Shown here piece by piece: positions 9,073-18,554 of a stretch of 64,000 nucleotides of DNA. The notes under the pieces are model-generated. The model was not told where the DNA came from. It saw nothing but the letters and a program-made list of their open reading frames with translations, and made no database searches. The DNA comes from Candidatus Levyibacteriota bacterium. GTDB lineage: Bacteria > Patescibacteriota > Microgenomatia > Levybacterales > UBA12049. The position numbers and the translations under genes are program-made. The stretch spans positions 70,899 through 134,898 of the forward strand of contig PLZJ01000003.1 in assembly GCA_003152105.1 (NCBI GenBank), read 5' to 3'. How positions within the stretch are numbered: position 1 is the first letter of the stretch; every line of letters starts with the position of its first letter.

Positions 9073-10545
9073 TTACCCCTTTTTATGAGGAATTGGCAAA
9101 CTGAAGGAAAAAGTAGACCCTTTTCCTTTTTCACTTGTTACCCAGATTTTTCCACTATGTCGTTCTACTATTTCTTTTGCAATAAAAAGTCCAAGCCCAA
9201 GACCGGGAAATGTTTTCTCATTACGATCTGTTACTTGATACAACCTTTCAAATATCTTTTTTTGTTGCTCTTTTTCAATACCAATACCATAATCTTTTAC
9301 GCTAATGAGCGCATGACGGTTTTGACTAGAAAGCGTTATGATGATTTTCCTACCTTTTGGTGAATATTTAATTGCATTTGATATGAGATTAACAAGCACC
9401 TGATAAATTCTATATCTATCGGCAAATACTTGTCCTGAAAAATTGTTACGTAAAACAAGCTCATGTTGTCTTGTCATACCACTTAATCCTTCTAATGTAT
9501 CAGATACAATTTGTGATAATTGAAAGGATTCTTTTTTAAATCGAAGCTTCCCTGTTTGAATTCTTGATATGTCGAGTAAATCATTTGTTAATTCAGATAA
9601 ACGATGGATCTGATCTTTAATTCGCTGATTAAAATATTGCGCTTTTTTTGATTTACTGGAAGACAATTCTTTTTCTTGTAAATCAAGAAACATTTTAAGA
9701 CTAGTTAAAGGAGTTTTTAATTCATGTGACGCCATACTTAAGAAATCATCTTTTTGGCGTTCTAAATCTTTTTGACCGGTAATATCAGTAATAATTGATG
9801 CCGCTGCTATGACTCGGCGTTTCTTATTATGAATTGGTGCTGAATTTACTTGTAAATATTTGCCCTCATTTCCATTCACTTGTTGATAATATATTTCACG
9901 TCCAATAATTGACGTTCCCTTTTTCAGTGCTTGAGAAAGCGGGGACTGATGAGGAATGGGAAGGGAACCATTAATTTTTATTTGTGGAATCGTATCTAAC
10001 CCAATGGCAAATCCAATTGGCATTCTAATGCCAAGTATTTTATTTAATTGTTTATTTGTTTGCGTTAAAATACCATGTCCGTCTGTGACAATAACACCAA
10101 CAGGAAGTTGATCAATAATTGTTTGTAATCTTTCTTTTTCAATGGCACTACTTTCAATAAGCCAATCAATGCGCTGTTTTAACCATCCTATTATTGAAGC
10201 AAGTATTGCATACAACACGCCAAGTATTATGGTCGTGTCAACAGCCATACTGAGTTCAAATCCATGGTAATGTCTTGTGGCAATTATGTAAAAGTAGTAA
10301 CAGATAGCAAAAAGTGTTGAAATATACCCACCCCGCAGCCCATCTCGAAAGGAAAAATAGATAATAAACGCTACATTGATAAAGATAATATATTCGCCAA
10401 TAATAAGCGGGTTTCGAGCAATTATATATGCATAAAATTCTGAACTTACACAAAGCACAATATTGGCAATAAGAGGAAAAACAAATGAATAATTGGATTC
10501 CCCAAGATGAACAATGGGATTAAGATATCGATAAATGCTTCTCAT
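9073..10545 (-). CDS. Sensor histidine kinase (TM, PAS, HisKA and HATPase_c domains)
   Basis: N-terminal TM helices and a PAS-like region. H-box SMASHELKTPLT. N, G1 and G2 boxes: NLISNAIKYS, DYGIGI, GLGLGL. Confidence 0.85.
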   Translation of the reverse strand: MRSIYRYLNPIVHLGESNYSFVFPLIANIVLCVSSEFYAYIIARNPLIIGEYIIFINVAFIIYFSFRDGLRGGYISTLFAICYYFYIIATRHYHGFELSMAVDTTIILGVLYAILASIIGWLKQRIDWLIESSAIEKERLQTIIDQLPVGVIVTDGHGILTQTNKQLNKILGIRMPIGFAIGLDTIPQIKINGSLPIPHQSPLSQALKKGTSIIGREIYYQQVNGNEGKYLQVNSAPIHNKKRRVIAAASIITDITGQKDLERQKDDFLSMASHELKTPLTSLKMFLDLQEKELSSSKSKKAQYFNQRIKDQIHRLSELTNDLLDISRIQTGKLRFKKESFQLSQIVSDTLEGLSGMTRQHELVLRNNFSGQVFADRYRIYQVLVNLISNAIKYSPKGRKIIITLSSQNRHALISVKDYGIGIEKEQQKKIFERLYQVTDRNEKTFPGLGLGLFIAKEIVERHSGKIWVTSEKGKGSTFSFSLPIPHKKG

Positions 10546-10740
10546 CCATATCGGATTATAGCAAACAAAATCTAAAGTAGTTTAAGAATTGTGTAAGAAA
10601 ATAAGAAGTCTCCTCTTATTTTTTCTATCTTTTATTATCCTTTATATAGCAAGCATTTGATGCAAAAACAGAATGTCGAATTATTGACAGACATAAGCTA
10701 ATATGCGATAGTAAGAAAATAAAGATGAGTATACGATTAT

Positions 10741-11832
10741 ATGTTCAATAAAGCATGGCACTGGTATAAAACGCGAGACCTTTTCTTAAAATTATTACTC
10801 CCAATAGTTATTATTCTGATTATCTGCATGCCAATTGCTGCGCAATTTGCCCTGTCTACGCAAAATTTTGCTCAAACTCCTAATTACCAGTTGTATTATC
10901 ATCCTACAAAATATACGTTTTTACATAAAGTTGGCGTCTTCTCACTTGCCCAAACCCTTGACAAGACAACTGATAGTCAGCTCGCAAAAGCAAGATCGCT
11001 TGGTATATCTTTTACAACGCACACCTATATTATTCCAGGAACACCTCTCTATATTTTATTTGAGAAATATCACATGCATTATCTTGATGTTTCACCACTT
11101 TTGTATCTTGAGTCTGTATGTGGCACACAAGCAGTTGCAAATAGTACCTGTCACTTAGGAAGTGCCCAAGAAAAATTATTCTTGTCTGAAATCTCTAAAC
11201 ATTTACAGGACACAAAAAATGATCCGCTTATTGTAGGCTACTATACACTCGACACATATATTGGTAATGTACAAAACTCTTTGACAGATTCTCATTTGCT
11301 TATCCAAAAAGCAAATCAATTCTCATCTGTAAAGCGGGGAACAATATGCGGTTTTTATGCACCACTTGATAATGTAAACGAAAATGCGAGTAGATCATAT
11401 TTTGATCAAGCAGTTGCAAACTATGCACCCTTGGCCTGTGATTCTGTTGCAATTTTTTCCTATGCAGTATCAGGAAACGCAGTTGATAGTAGTTCTATTG
11501 ATTGGTCTATGACAAATTTATTGCCCTATGTGTTTGCAAAGCTACAAAGCAATGGTTGGGATCAGTCAAAAAACAATATAATTGGCGTTTCGCAAACATA
11601 TGTAAATACACAAAAAGATCAAAGCCAAGAAGCATGGACTGCCCCTACTGCAGAAGCTATTGCCTTGCAAATGGAAAGTTATTGTAAAAATGGTGCAGTA
11701 AATATACTTACCTATGCATGGGGTAGTGATATGTCATCGGGAGTAGATGATCTGCAAAATACTAGTTCATTTCAAAATGGCTTTATAAACGGCGTTGCTG
11801 CTTGTTCGAAAATCTGGCAAATAGGAAAATAA
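10741..11832 (+). CDS. Hypothetical membrane-anchored extracytoplasmic protein (363 aa)
   Basis: N-terminal TM/signal anchor followed by a large soluble domain. No recognisable motif. Confidence 0.5.
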   Translation: MFNKAWHWYKTRDLFLKLLLPIVIILIICMPIAAQFALSTQNFAQTPNYQLYYHPTKYTFLHKVGVFSLAQTLDKTTDSQLAKARSLGISFTTHTYIIPGTPLYILFEKYHMHYLDVSPLLYLESVCGTQAVANSTCHLGSAQEKLFLSEISKHLQDTKNDPLIVGYYTLDTYIGNVQNSLTDSHLLIQKANQFSSVKRGTICGFYAPLDNVNENASRSYFDQAVANYAPLACDSVAIFSYAVSGNAVDSSSIDWSMTNLLPYVFAKLQSNGWDQSKNNIIGVSQTYVNTQKDQSQEAWTAPTAEAIALQMESYCKNGAVNILTYAWGSDMSSGVDDLQNTSSFQNGFINGVAACSKIWQIGK

Positions 11833-11837
11833 CCTCG

Positions 11838-12284
11838 TTACTTCGCCAGTGCTTCAAGTATAAAGTCAGGAATGGCAATTGGCTTGCTTTCTCCTTGTAT
11901 CATTCCAACATCAAGTGTTGCGTCTATTGCAATGCGCGTATTTTTCAAAAGCATCTGGTGAAAAGTAAGCAAAGTAAATTTAGGACTTGAAACATGTGTT
12001 TGAATAGAAACGCTGTCTCCTTCATATACTTGTTCTCGGTAACGAATATTTGCTTTGCGAAGTACAAATTTTAGTTGTTGTTCTTTTTGAAGCCGCAACA
12101 TATCAAGGCCATTTTCTGCAAAAAGCGAAACTCTTTCCGCTTCAAAATAATATAATACGCCTGGGTGATGCAAGTGTCCTCCATACGGATCTATAAACTG
12201 ATCATCAACAGTTAAGTCACAAGACCGAGTTTGGAGTATATGTTGGGCAAGTAATTCTCCTGCTTGTTCTTTTCTCATAGTCAA
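11838..12284 (-). CDS. Hotdog-fold acyl-CoA thioesterase (4HBT/YbgC-like)
   Basis: Size and sequence pattern of 4HBT thioesterases. Assignment by family resemblance only. Confidence 0.6.
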   Translation of the reverse strand: MTMRKEQAGELLAQHILQTRSCDLTVDDQFIDPYGGHLHHPGVLYYFEAERVSLFAENGLDMLRLQKEQQLKFVLRKANIRYREQVYEGDSVSIQTHVSSPKFTLLTFHQMLLKNTRIAIDATLDVGMIQGESKPIAIPDFILEALAK

Positions 12285-12386
12285 CTAACAAATGCGCAAT
12301 GAGTGGTTCGCTCATGTGTGCAATTGTAACATGAAACAATATATTTACAAGAAAAGAGTAAACAAGAAGATATATTCGTTTTCTTC

Positions 12387-13202
12387 TTACTGTGGTAATA
12401 CACGTGCAACGGCAAACTGTGCGCGAGAAAGAGAACTTGCAAGCTGGGTGTATGTAGCTTTTGCGTCTTCTGTACTTCCTTTTCTGCTAAAAAATCCGTT
12501 CTTTATTTCCGAACTACTCAATACACGAGGCACGGGTGTGGGATTTGTGGGGTCTTCAAACGTTTTTGTTGCAGTTAAGTTATTTCGTTTTGAAACATAT
12601 GTTTCATTTTGCAATTGTTTTTGCCCATATTTTGTTCCATTATCAACATTTTTTTCATTTGTACTTGTTAAGGTATACGCATCTCCCACTTTTGTAATTA
12701 AAAATTCATATCCACCTTGGTTATCAGCAGGTGAGGTATAGGTATACGATTCAACCGTATATCTTCCTTTTTGCATTATTTTAGTTAGTCCTGACATTTT
12801 TAGCTTATCAAAAAATGCAACTAAATCATCATGAGAATGTTGTAAATATCCTGACCTATCATTCTTATATGAAACTTCTGGCTTTTGTGTTTCAGATAGC
12901 TTTGGGGGTGTTTGTGGTAAAGCATCCTGGTTTACCGGATTTGGAAGAGGTTGAGCAGATGGTTCTGGTAAAGGTTGATTTTGCGCTGCTTTCATTTTTA
13001 ATATTCGAAGTTCTTCTTCTGCTTTATCAATTGCTTCTTGTGTTTGTGAGGCTGGAGCAGAGAGTATTTCAGCTGGTTGCTTAAGTTTTGCTTGCTCAAT
13101 TATTGCTTCTGCATCTTTTACATCAGGAGCTGGCGGAGCTGCTGCTGCTTCTTGCGAAGTTGTCGATTGGACTACTTGTGGTTGTTCAGTAACACTTTCC
13201 AT
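12387..13202 (-). CDS. Hypothetical Pro/Gln/Ala-rich protein (271 aa)
   Basis: N-terminal half is low-complexity (PQ-rich); C-terminal half is globular. Confidence 0.45.
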   Translation of the reverse strand: MESVTEQPQVVQSTTSQEAAAAPPAPDVKDAEAIIEQAKLKQPAEILSAPASQTQEAIDKAEEELRILKMKAAQNQPLPEPSAQPLPNPVNQDALPQTPPKLSETQKPEVSYKNDRSGYLQHSHDDLVAFFDKLKMSGLTKIMQKGRYTVESYTYTSPADNQGGYEFLITKVGDAYTLTSTNEKNVDNGTKYGQKQLQNETYVSKRNNLTATKTFEDPTNPTPVPRVLSSSEIKNGFFSRKGSTEDAKATYTQLASSLSRAQFAVARVLPQ

Positions 13203-13282
13203 TACTATATTAAGAATAGAAAAGTTTTACTATATTGTCAATAAAAGACGGACATTGATAATTGTATAGGAATTGGGGAGTA

Positions 13283-13552
13283 CTACTTGTCTAAATATAC
13301 ATCGTCAATATAACAGTAGGTAAATGTCTCCTCAGGAGAAACAGATTTCATAATTGGATGGTTTGTCTTGTCAAAATGTTTTTGTGCATGTTTGTTTTTT
13401 GAACTATTACAACAGCCAACATGACCGCACGTTAAACATTGTCTAAGATATACCCATGTATCTCCTGTTTTTATACAATCTTCACACACGGTGATATCTT
13501 TTTTAGGAAGCGGTTTTATTTGATCTTCATGTATGCACTTTTTTGTATCCAT
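13283..13552 (-). CDS. UBP-type zinc-finger protein
   Basis: Cys/His pattern CEDC...CLTCGHVGCC...H..H typical of ZnF-UBP. Confidence 0.6.
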   Translation of the reverse strand: MDTKKCIHEDQIKPLPKKDITVCEDCIKTGDTWVYLRQCLTCGHVGCCNSSKNKHAQKHFDKTNHPIMKSVSPEETFTYCYIDDVYLDK

Positions 13553-13935
13553 ACATAAAGTGTAGCAGAGGATCGTAAGTTATTTGTAAGAAAGTATGTG
13601 GTAGAATGTGAAAATGTCAGAACTGTGCAGTAATTGTGATTTTGCTAGTCACTGTATTCAAAAAGAAAAAATGAATCAAGTAGGTCGTGATGCAAAAGAA
13701 AATAAGTGGAGCAATACGAAACTTAAAGCAGTTACTGCTCCTCCCATTGCCATGGCAGATGTAAATGGGTGTCCTCAACTTGACGAAATACTCGCTAGAC
13801 AAACTGAAATATTTGCAGCACGTAAAGCACAAATTACCAGATCATCAAAAAGCAGATAACAAAATGTATTTACGTTTATAGAATCTTCTAACGTTCTTCA
13901 CTCCTTCGAGCATGTACCCGCTCAAGCTTTACGTA

Positions 13936-13963
13936 TTGACAATACGTAAATATTTGCTATAAC
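13936..13963 (+). promoter_or_regulatory. Sigma-70-like promoter: TTGACA, 16-nt spacer, TATAAC
   Basis: TTGACA at 13936-13941 and TATAAC at 13958-13963, 8 nt upstream of the ATG at 13972. Confidence 0.5.
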
Positions 13964-13971
13964 ACAACTAT

Positions 13972-14265
13972 ATGACAGAAAAAGCAGGAGCTATACACAT
14001 TCCAATTCGAGCAAGAATAGGTCGCGTGTTACATAATTTAGCAGAAGATGGAAAAGTTGGAAGAGCTATACAGCTTGGAAGAGAACGTGTTCCACAATAT
14101 ATCTCCAAAGAAGAACTTGCTGCTTCCTATAGCGCCCGCCCTAACAAACAAGAAAGAGAGCCGGCTACTTCTGGCTTAGAATTCTGGCAACCGCAATATG
14201 TAGGAGGAATGATTGTTCCAATAATCAAAGAAGAGGTGCAAGAACCTACAGATACTACTTCATAA
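13972..14265 (+). CDS. Hypothetical protein (97 aa)
   Basis: ORF track plus the upstream promoter. Confidence 0.45.
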   Translation: MTEKAGAIHIPIRARIGRVLHNLAEDGKVGRAIQLGRERVPQYISKEELAASYSARPNKQEREPATSGLEFWQPQYVGGMIVPIIKEEVQEPTDTTS

Positions 14266-14335
14266 AGGAACGCTTTCGTACTCGTGTTTTCCAATACTCC
14301 ATAAACTAAGTGTGAACTTTTGCTATACTACGTTT

Positions 14336-14752
14336 ATGGATAATAAACAGATAGTTGCTAATTTTCTTAAAAAACACAAATTAGCTGTCATTTCAACTGT
14401 TTCAAATAATAAACCGGAATCAGCTGTGCTTGAATTTGCAGAAACAGATAAGCTCTAAATAATAATCGATACATTTACTACTTCACGAAAATACAAAAAT
14501 AGTAAAAATAATTCGAATGTATCTCTTGTTATTGGATGGGATGAAAATATAACAATGCAATATGAAGGATTAATTGAAGAACTAATTGGAGATGCAGCAC
14601 TACATTACAAAGAAATATATTGGAAGAAAAATCCAGAAGCGAAGCAATGGGCTGATAAAGAAAATATCGCGTATCTAAAGATTACTCCTACATGGATACG
14701 ATATACTGATCTAAATAAACATCCTTGGGATATATTTGAAATATCATTCTAA
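14336..14752 (+). pseudogene. Pyridoxamine 5'-phosphate oxidase-like FMN-binding protein (general stress protein 26 family) interrupted by an in-frame TAA
   Basis: Single frame MDNKQIVANFLKKHKLAVISTVSNNKPESAVLEFAETDKL-(TAA at 14456-14458)-IIIDTFTTSRKYKNSKNNSNVSLVIGWDENITMQYEGLIEELIGD...ITPTWIRYTDLN. Both halves fit one PNPOx-like fold. Confidence 0.6.
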
Positions 14753-14807
14753 TAATATACACCTCTAAGCTACCCCAATCTTTTTTAACTCTGCTATACT
14801 TTACATA

Positions 14808-15386
14808 ATGGAACCAGGAATTTCGAAAAGTAAATCAAAAACTGAGCGCGAAGTAGAAAAACTATCCCACGTCATAAGTCGTGTTGAAAAAATTGAATCC
14901 CACTTAGAAGCAGCGGTTGATAGAGAAGAAAAAGAAATTGTACATATTCAAAAAAATGAAAAAGAAATTGAAAAAACAGTAAAGTTACTTGGGAAAGTAG
15001 CAATAAAAAGAGATCATTTACTAGAATTTGCAAGAGGAGTAGCTGGTGCATTTTTTGGCGTTGGTCTTGGACAAATATTTGGTGTCAGTGTTAAACTGGC
15101 TGCTACACTACCATGGTTTAATATTATCGGCATACTACTTTTTATATTTATACTGGTTGGGATATTAATATATAGAAAAGACATGGATATATTAAAAAAT
15201 AAACATGATAGGTTACAACATATTGCAAAACGATTGTTTGCACTATATGCAATTGCAATAATAGTACAGTTAATTGGCTTATTTCTTTTTAACGATTTAC
15301 CAAGTTCTCTAGTTTTGCTATTAAAAGCATTAATTATTGGATCATTTGCATCAATGTCAGCTGCTGCTGCATTTACCCTCTTTTAA
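14808..15386 (+). CDS. Membrane protein with N-terminal coiled-coil (192 aa)
   Basis: Charged heptad-like N-terminus followed by three or four TM helices. Confidence 0.5.
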   Translation: MEPGISKSKSKTEREVEKLSHVISRVEKIESHLEAAVDREEKEIVHIQKNEKEIEKTVKLLGKVAIKRDHLLEFARGVAGAFFGVGLGQIFGVSVKLAATLPWFNIIGILLFIFILVGILIYRKDMDILKNKHDRLQHIAKRLFALYAIAIIVQLIGLFLFNDLPSSLVLLLKALIIGSFASMSAAAAFTLF

Positions 15387-15433
15387 CATAAAACAACTAG
15401 CTGCATGGGTTTATCTACTTACAATGATATAAT

Positions 15434-16117
15434 TTGTTTATGTCAGATAGGATTGCAGAAGCTGTAGAACGAGGGAGAGAGAAACTATTAGGACCCAGAG
15501 TGGTAAATTTTAACAATGGTATGCAACTTGTTATAAAAATTAATGTACCACAACCTTCAATTACTTTGCAAAAGGATTCGAAAATGCTTTTAGATCTTCG
15601 AACTTTTGCCCCAGAAGGAACACATATTAGATATAATCCGGGTGGAAAATGGGGTGCAATGCTTGGCAATGAAACACAAAGTCCAAGCATATTAATTGGG
15701 AAATTTAAAGGCGTTGATTCAGCACTTGATTTCCTTCATGAATGTGGACATTTACACAATGAAACATTAACTGATCTAGCATTAACTGCAGAGAGGCGAT
15801 ACTCAGAACAATATTTTGGCAAAGTTCCAAGTGACCATAGTAAAGAAAGGATACAGGCATTAAAACAAAGACACGAAGCGGTAATGTATTCTGAAAGAAA
15901 CGCATGGGCATTTTCACTAAGAACAGTAAGAAATCTTGAAAGAGAATTTGGTGTAAATATACTTGAGCAAATGCACGGAAATGATGGATTACTATCTTAT
16001 ATTAATAACTACTTGAGAGAATACGAATCTCAAACAATGACTGAACTTGAGTATTTAGATCTTCCAGTAGTTACGTTTGATCAAATGAGAGATATGCTTT
16101 CCACATTAGTTAGTTAA
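15434..16117 (+). CDS. Hypothetical protein with an HExxH zinc-metallopeptidase-like motif
   Basis: LDFLHECGHLHNE contains HExxH. Confidence 0.5.
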   Translation: MFMSDRIAEAVERGREKLLGPRVVNFNNGMQLVIKINVPQPSITLQKDSKMLLDLRTFAPEGTHIRYNPGGKWGAMLGNETQSPSILIGKFKGVDSALDFLHECGHLHNETLTDLALTAERRYSEQYFGKVPSDHSKERIQALKQRHEAVMYSERNAWAFSLRTVRNLEREFGVNILEQMHGNDGLLSYINNYLREYESQTMTELEYLDLPVVTFDQMRDMLSTLVS

Positions 16118-16174
16118 ATTAGCTTCTTTTTACGATCTAAACTTTGGTCGTTATGCTTCTGATATAATTACTAT

Positions 16175-17200
16175 ATGAACAATACATTAACTGCTTTGAC
16201 TGGAGTTAAGGTAGGCCACGCCACTGATGCAGAAAACCTTACTGGATGTACTGTTATTCTTTTTGATAAGAAATATCCAGTAGTTTCTAAATCATATGGA
16301 GGAGCACCAGGAACTTTTAATACGGATATTTCGACAAATGGAAAAAGTTTTGATGAAAGAAATGCAATTTTTATTGCTGGAGGGAGCCTAACAGGTCTCA
16401 TGTCTGCCTCAGATATTATGAAGGGAATGATTGAAAAACACATTGGTGACAAGGATCATAAAATTATAAATCCAAATATTACTGGCGCAATTGTATTTGA
16501 TTTAGGAGTAAGAGTTGCACAATATGATCCAAGCTTAGGTCGAAAAGCTTTAGATAACGTAAGTAGTGAACCAGTTAAAAGAGGCAATGTTGGCGCAGGG
16601 ACAGGAACATCTGTTGGAAAGTTTCAATTTCTGGAAAATGGAACAAAAATTCCTGCTATAAAAGCTGGGGTTGGTTGTGCACTGATCAATGTAGGAAATG
16701 GTGTCATCGTAACAGCCTTAAGCGTCGTAAATGCACTTGGTAATGTTGTAAATCCTGACGGAACAATACTTGCTGGTAATAGGGATACTGAGAAAAAATT
16801 TAAAACGTTTGATGAAACGTCACGCTTTGTTACAAAAGATCTTATGAACACAACAATTTCAGTAGTTGGGGTAAATATTGATTTAAAAACAAGAGAAAAC
16901 TATGAAATAGTAGCCAATATTGCAAGCCATGGCCAAATAAGAGCTATAAATCCGGTTAATACTTCAATTGATGGAGACACAGTATTTGTGTTTTCAACAG
17001 AAGAAAATGATAGATTACTAAATGATTATGGAAAATATTTTAAAACAAGTAGTTGGCCACTTTTTGATGTAGATGTTGTTGGCCAAGCTGCAGCAAAAGC
17101 AGTGCAAGAAAGTATTTATGATGCAGTTTTTCAAGCAGAATCAATTTCCTTTGAAGGAGCATATAACGGTATTATTCCTTCTGTAAAGGATTATAAATAG
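16175..17200 (+). CDS. P1 / S58 family peptidase (DmpA-like L-aminopeptidase / D-Ala esterase-amidase)
   Basis: LTGVKVGHATD...GGAPGT... is the hallmark N-terminal region of DmpA/S58 peptidases. Confidence 0.8.
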   Translation: MNNTLTALTGVKVGHATDAENLTGCTVILFDKKYPVVSKSYGGAPGTFNTDISTNGKSFDERNAIFIAGGSLTGLMSASDIMKGMIEKHIGDKDHKIINPNITGAIVFDLGVRVAQYDPSLGRKALDNVSSEPVKRGNVGAGTGTSVGKFQFLENGTKIPAIKAGVGCALINVGNGVIVTALSVVNALGNVVNPDGTILAGNRDTEKKFKTFDETSRFVTKDLMNTTISVVGVNIDLKTRENYEIVANIASHGQIRAINPVNTSIDGDTVFVFSTEENDRLLNDYGKYFKTSSWPLFDVDVVGQAAAKAVQESIYDAVFQAESISFEGAYNGIIPSVKDYK

Positions 17201-17341
17201 TAGATACCTTTGCATTACTCTTCTGGAATAGATAAACCTTTTTTAATAAATATCCTTCAAAAGTTTTTTGTACATCTTGTATTTCTTTCTTGACAACAAT
17301 TGGTTGGAGATGAATACTTAAAGAGGAGGGAGGTGAGAAAC

Positions 17342-17545
17342 ATGTTAACGAGTAAACAATATTTCCAAATAACTGGCGTCATTCTTTTTATCGTTGGCCT
17401 CGCTCATTTGATTCGTTTTATAAATGGATGGGAAATTGTAGTGAATGGTTGGTCAGTTCCCGTATGGCTTAGCATTGTTGGCGTTCTTGCTGCTTGGTAT
17501 TTGGCATATAATGCGTGGGTTTTATCCAAAAAGAGCAAAAAGTAG
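17342..17545 (+). CDS. Small membrane protein (67 aa)
   Basis: Strong RBS AGAGGAGGGAGGTGA before the ATG at 17342. Two TM helices. Confidence 0.5.
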   Translation: MLTSKQYFQITGVILFIVGLAHLIRFINGWEIVVNGWSVPVWLSIVGVLAAWYLAYNAWVLSKKSKK

Positions 17546-17574
17546 AAGAATGGTTGAGTGTTATTATTCTAGCC

Positions 17575-18177
17575 TTAAGAACTTTTAGTTCTTGCTTGTT
17601 TTAGTAGCTTTGCCCACCAAGTTAATTGATCAAAAAATACAGTTGCGCCTTCAACAAGAGAATTAAATGCATGTGCTCTTTTGTTTTCATCCTCACTAAT
17701 TGCATCCATATACATAGAGAAAAATATATTGATTGATTTTTGAATATTTACCATTTGTAGTTCAACTGCTACAAGACGAAGTTGCTCAATTGAACGTGCT
17801 CCGCCAACACCACCATAACTAACAAAGCCTACTGCTTTTTTATGCCACTGTGGATTTAAATAGTCAATTGCGTTTTTAAGCACTGCTGGAAAACTATGAT
17901 TGTATTCAGGGGTAACAATAATAAAGCCATCTGAAGCAATAATTGCTTGTTCCCATTTTGAAACAAGTGGATCAGTATATGGCTCATTTTTCATTGAAGG
18001 AGATACTGGTTCATTAAATAAAGGGAGTGGAAAATCGCGAAGATCCAAAACGGTAATTTTTAGATCAGTTCTTTTTTTTGCCTGCTCTTGCATCCACGCA
18101 GCTGCTTTTTCAGAAAATCTGCCTGGTCTTGTGCTTCCTATAATTAGAGCAATGTTAAGTGGTTGATTGGTATCCAT
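17575..18177 (-). CDS. NADPH-dependent FMN reductase
   Basis: IALIIGSTRPGRFS and the flavodoxin-like fold pattern of the FMN reductase family. Confidence 0.8.
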   Translation of the reverse strand: MDTNQPLNIALIIGSTRPGRFSEKAAAWMQEQAKKRTDLKITVLDLRDFPLPLFNEPVSPSMKNEPYTDPLVSKWEQAIIASDGFIIVTPEYNHSFPAVLKNAIDYLNPQWHKKAVGFVSYGGVGGARSIEQLRLVAVELQMVNIQKSINIFFSMYMDAISEDENKRAHAFNSLVEGATVFFDQLTWWAKLLKQARTKSS

Positions 18178-18208
18178 ATTTTTGATATAATTACTACAGT
18201 ATGTATAG

Positions 18209-18227
18209 TACTACAACTTTTGTAGTA
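18209..18227. promoter_or_regulatory. Perfect 8-3-8 palindrome TACTACAA-CTT-TTGTAGTA in the divergent FMN-reductase / hxlR promoter region, a candidate HxlR operator
   Basis: Inverted repeat seen directly, 20 nt upstream of the hxlR-like start. Confidence 0.45.
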
Positions 18228-18248
18228 TTGTCAAGTACCTAAAACGAT

Positions 18249-18545
18249 ATGAATAAATGTACAGCATCAGAATTAAAAATGTTAGGCGATTTCTGGACAC
18301 TTGCAATCATTCAAGCGCTTTCTGATGGGCAAAAACGATTTTGTGAACTTGAACGTGCCGTCAATGTATCTTCTCCAACAACGCTTGCAAACCGATTAAA
18401 AAAATTAGAAGTACAAGGCCTTATTCTAAAACAAAAAGAAACCGTTGATAAATTATCTGTGTCGTATGAGCTTTCTCCAAAAGGCTATGGTATTTTACCT
18501 GTTCTTGAACAAATTCACGTTTTTGCGCGTAAGTTCCTCTCATAA
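18249..18545 (+). CDS. HxlR-family winged-helix transcriptional regulator
   Basis: GDFWTLAIIQALSDGQKRFCELERAV...PTTLANRLKKLEVQGLI. Confidence 0.8.
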   Translation: MNKCTASELKMLGDFWTLAIIQALSDGQKRFCELERAVNVSSPTTLANRLKKLEVQGLILKQKETVDKLSVSYELSPKGYGILPVLEQIHVFARKFLS

Positions 18546-18554
18546 AGTATCCCT

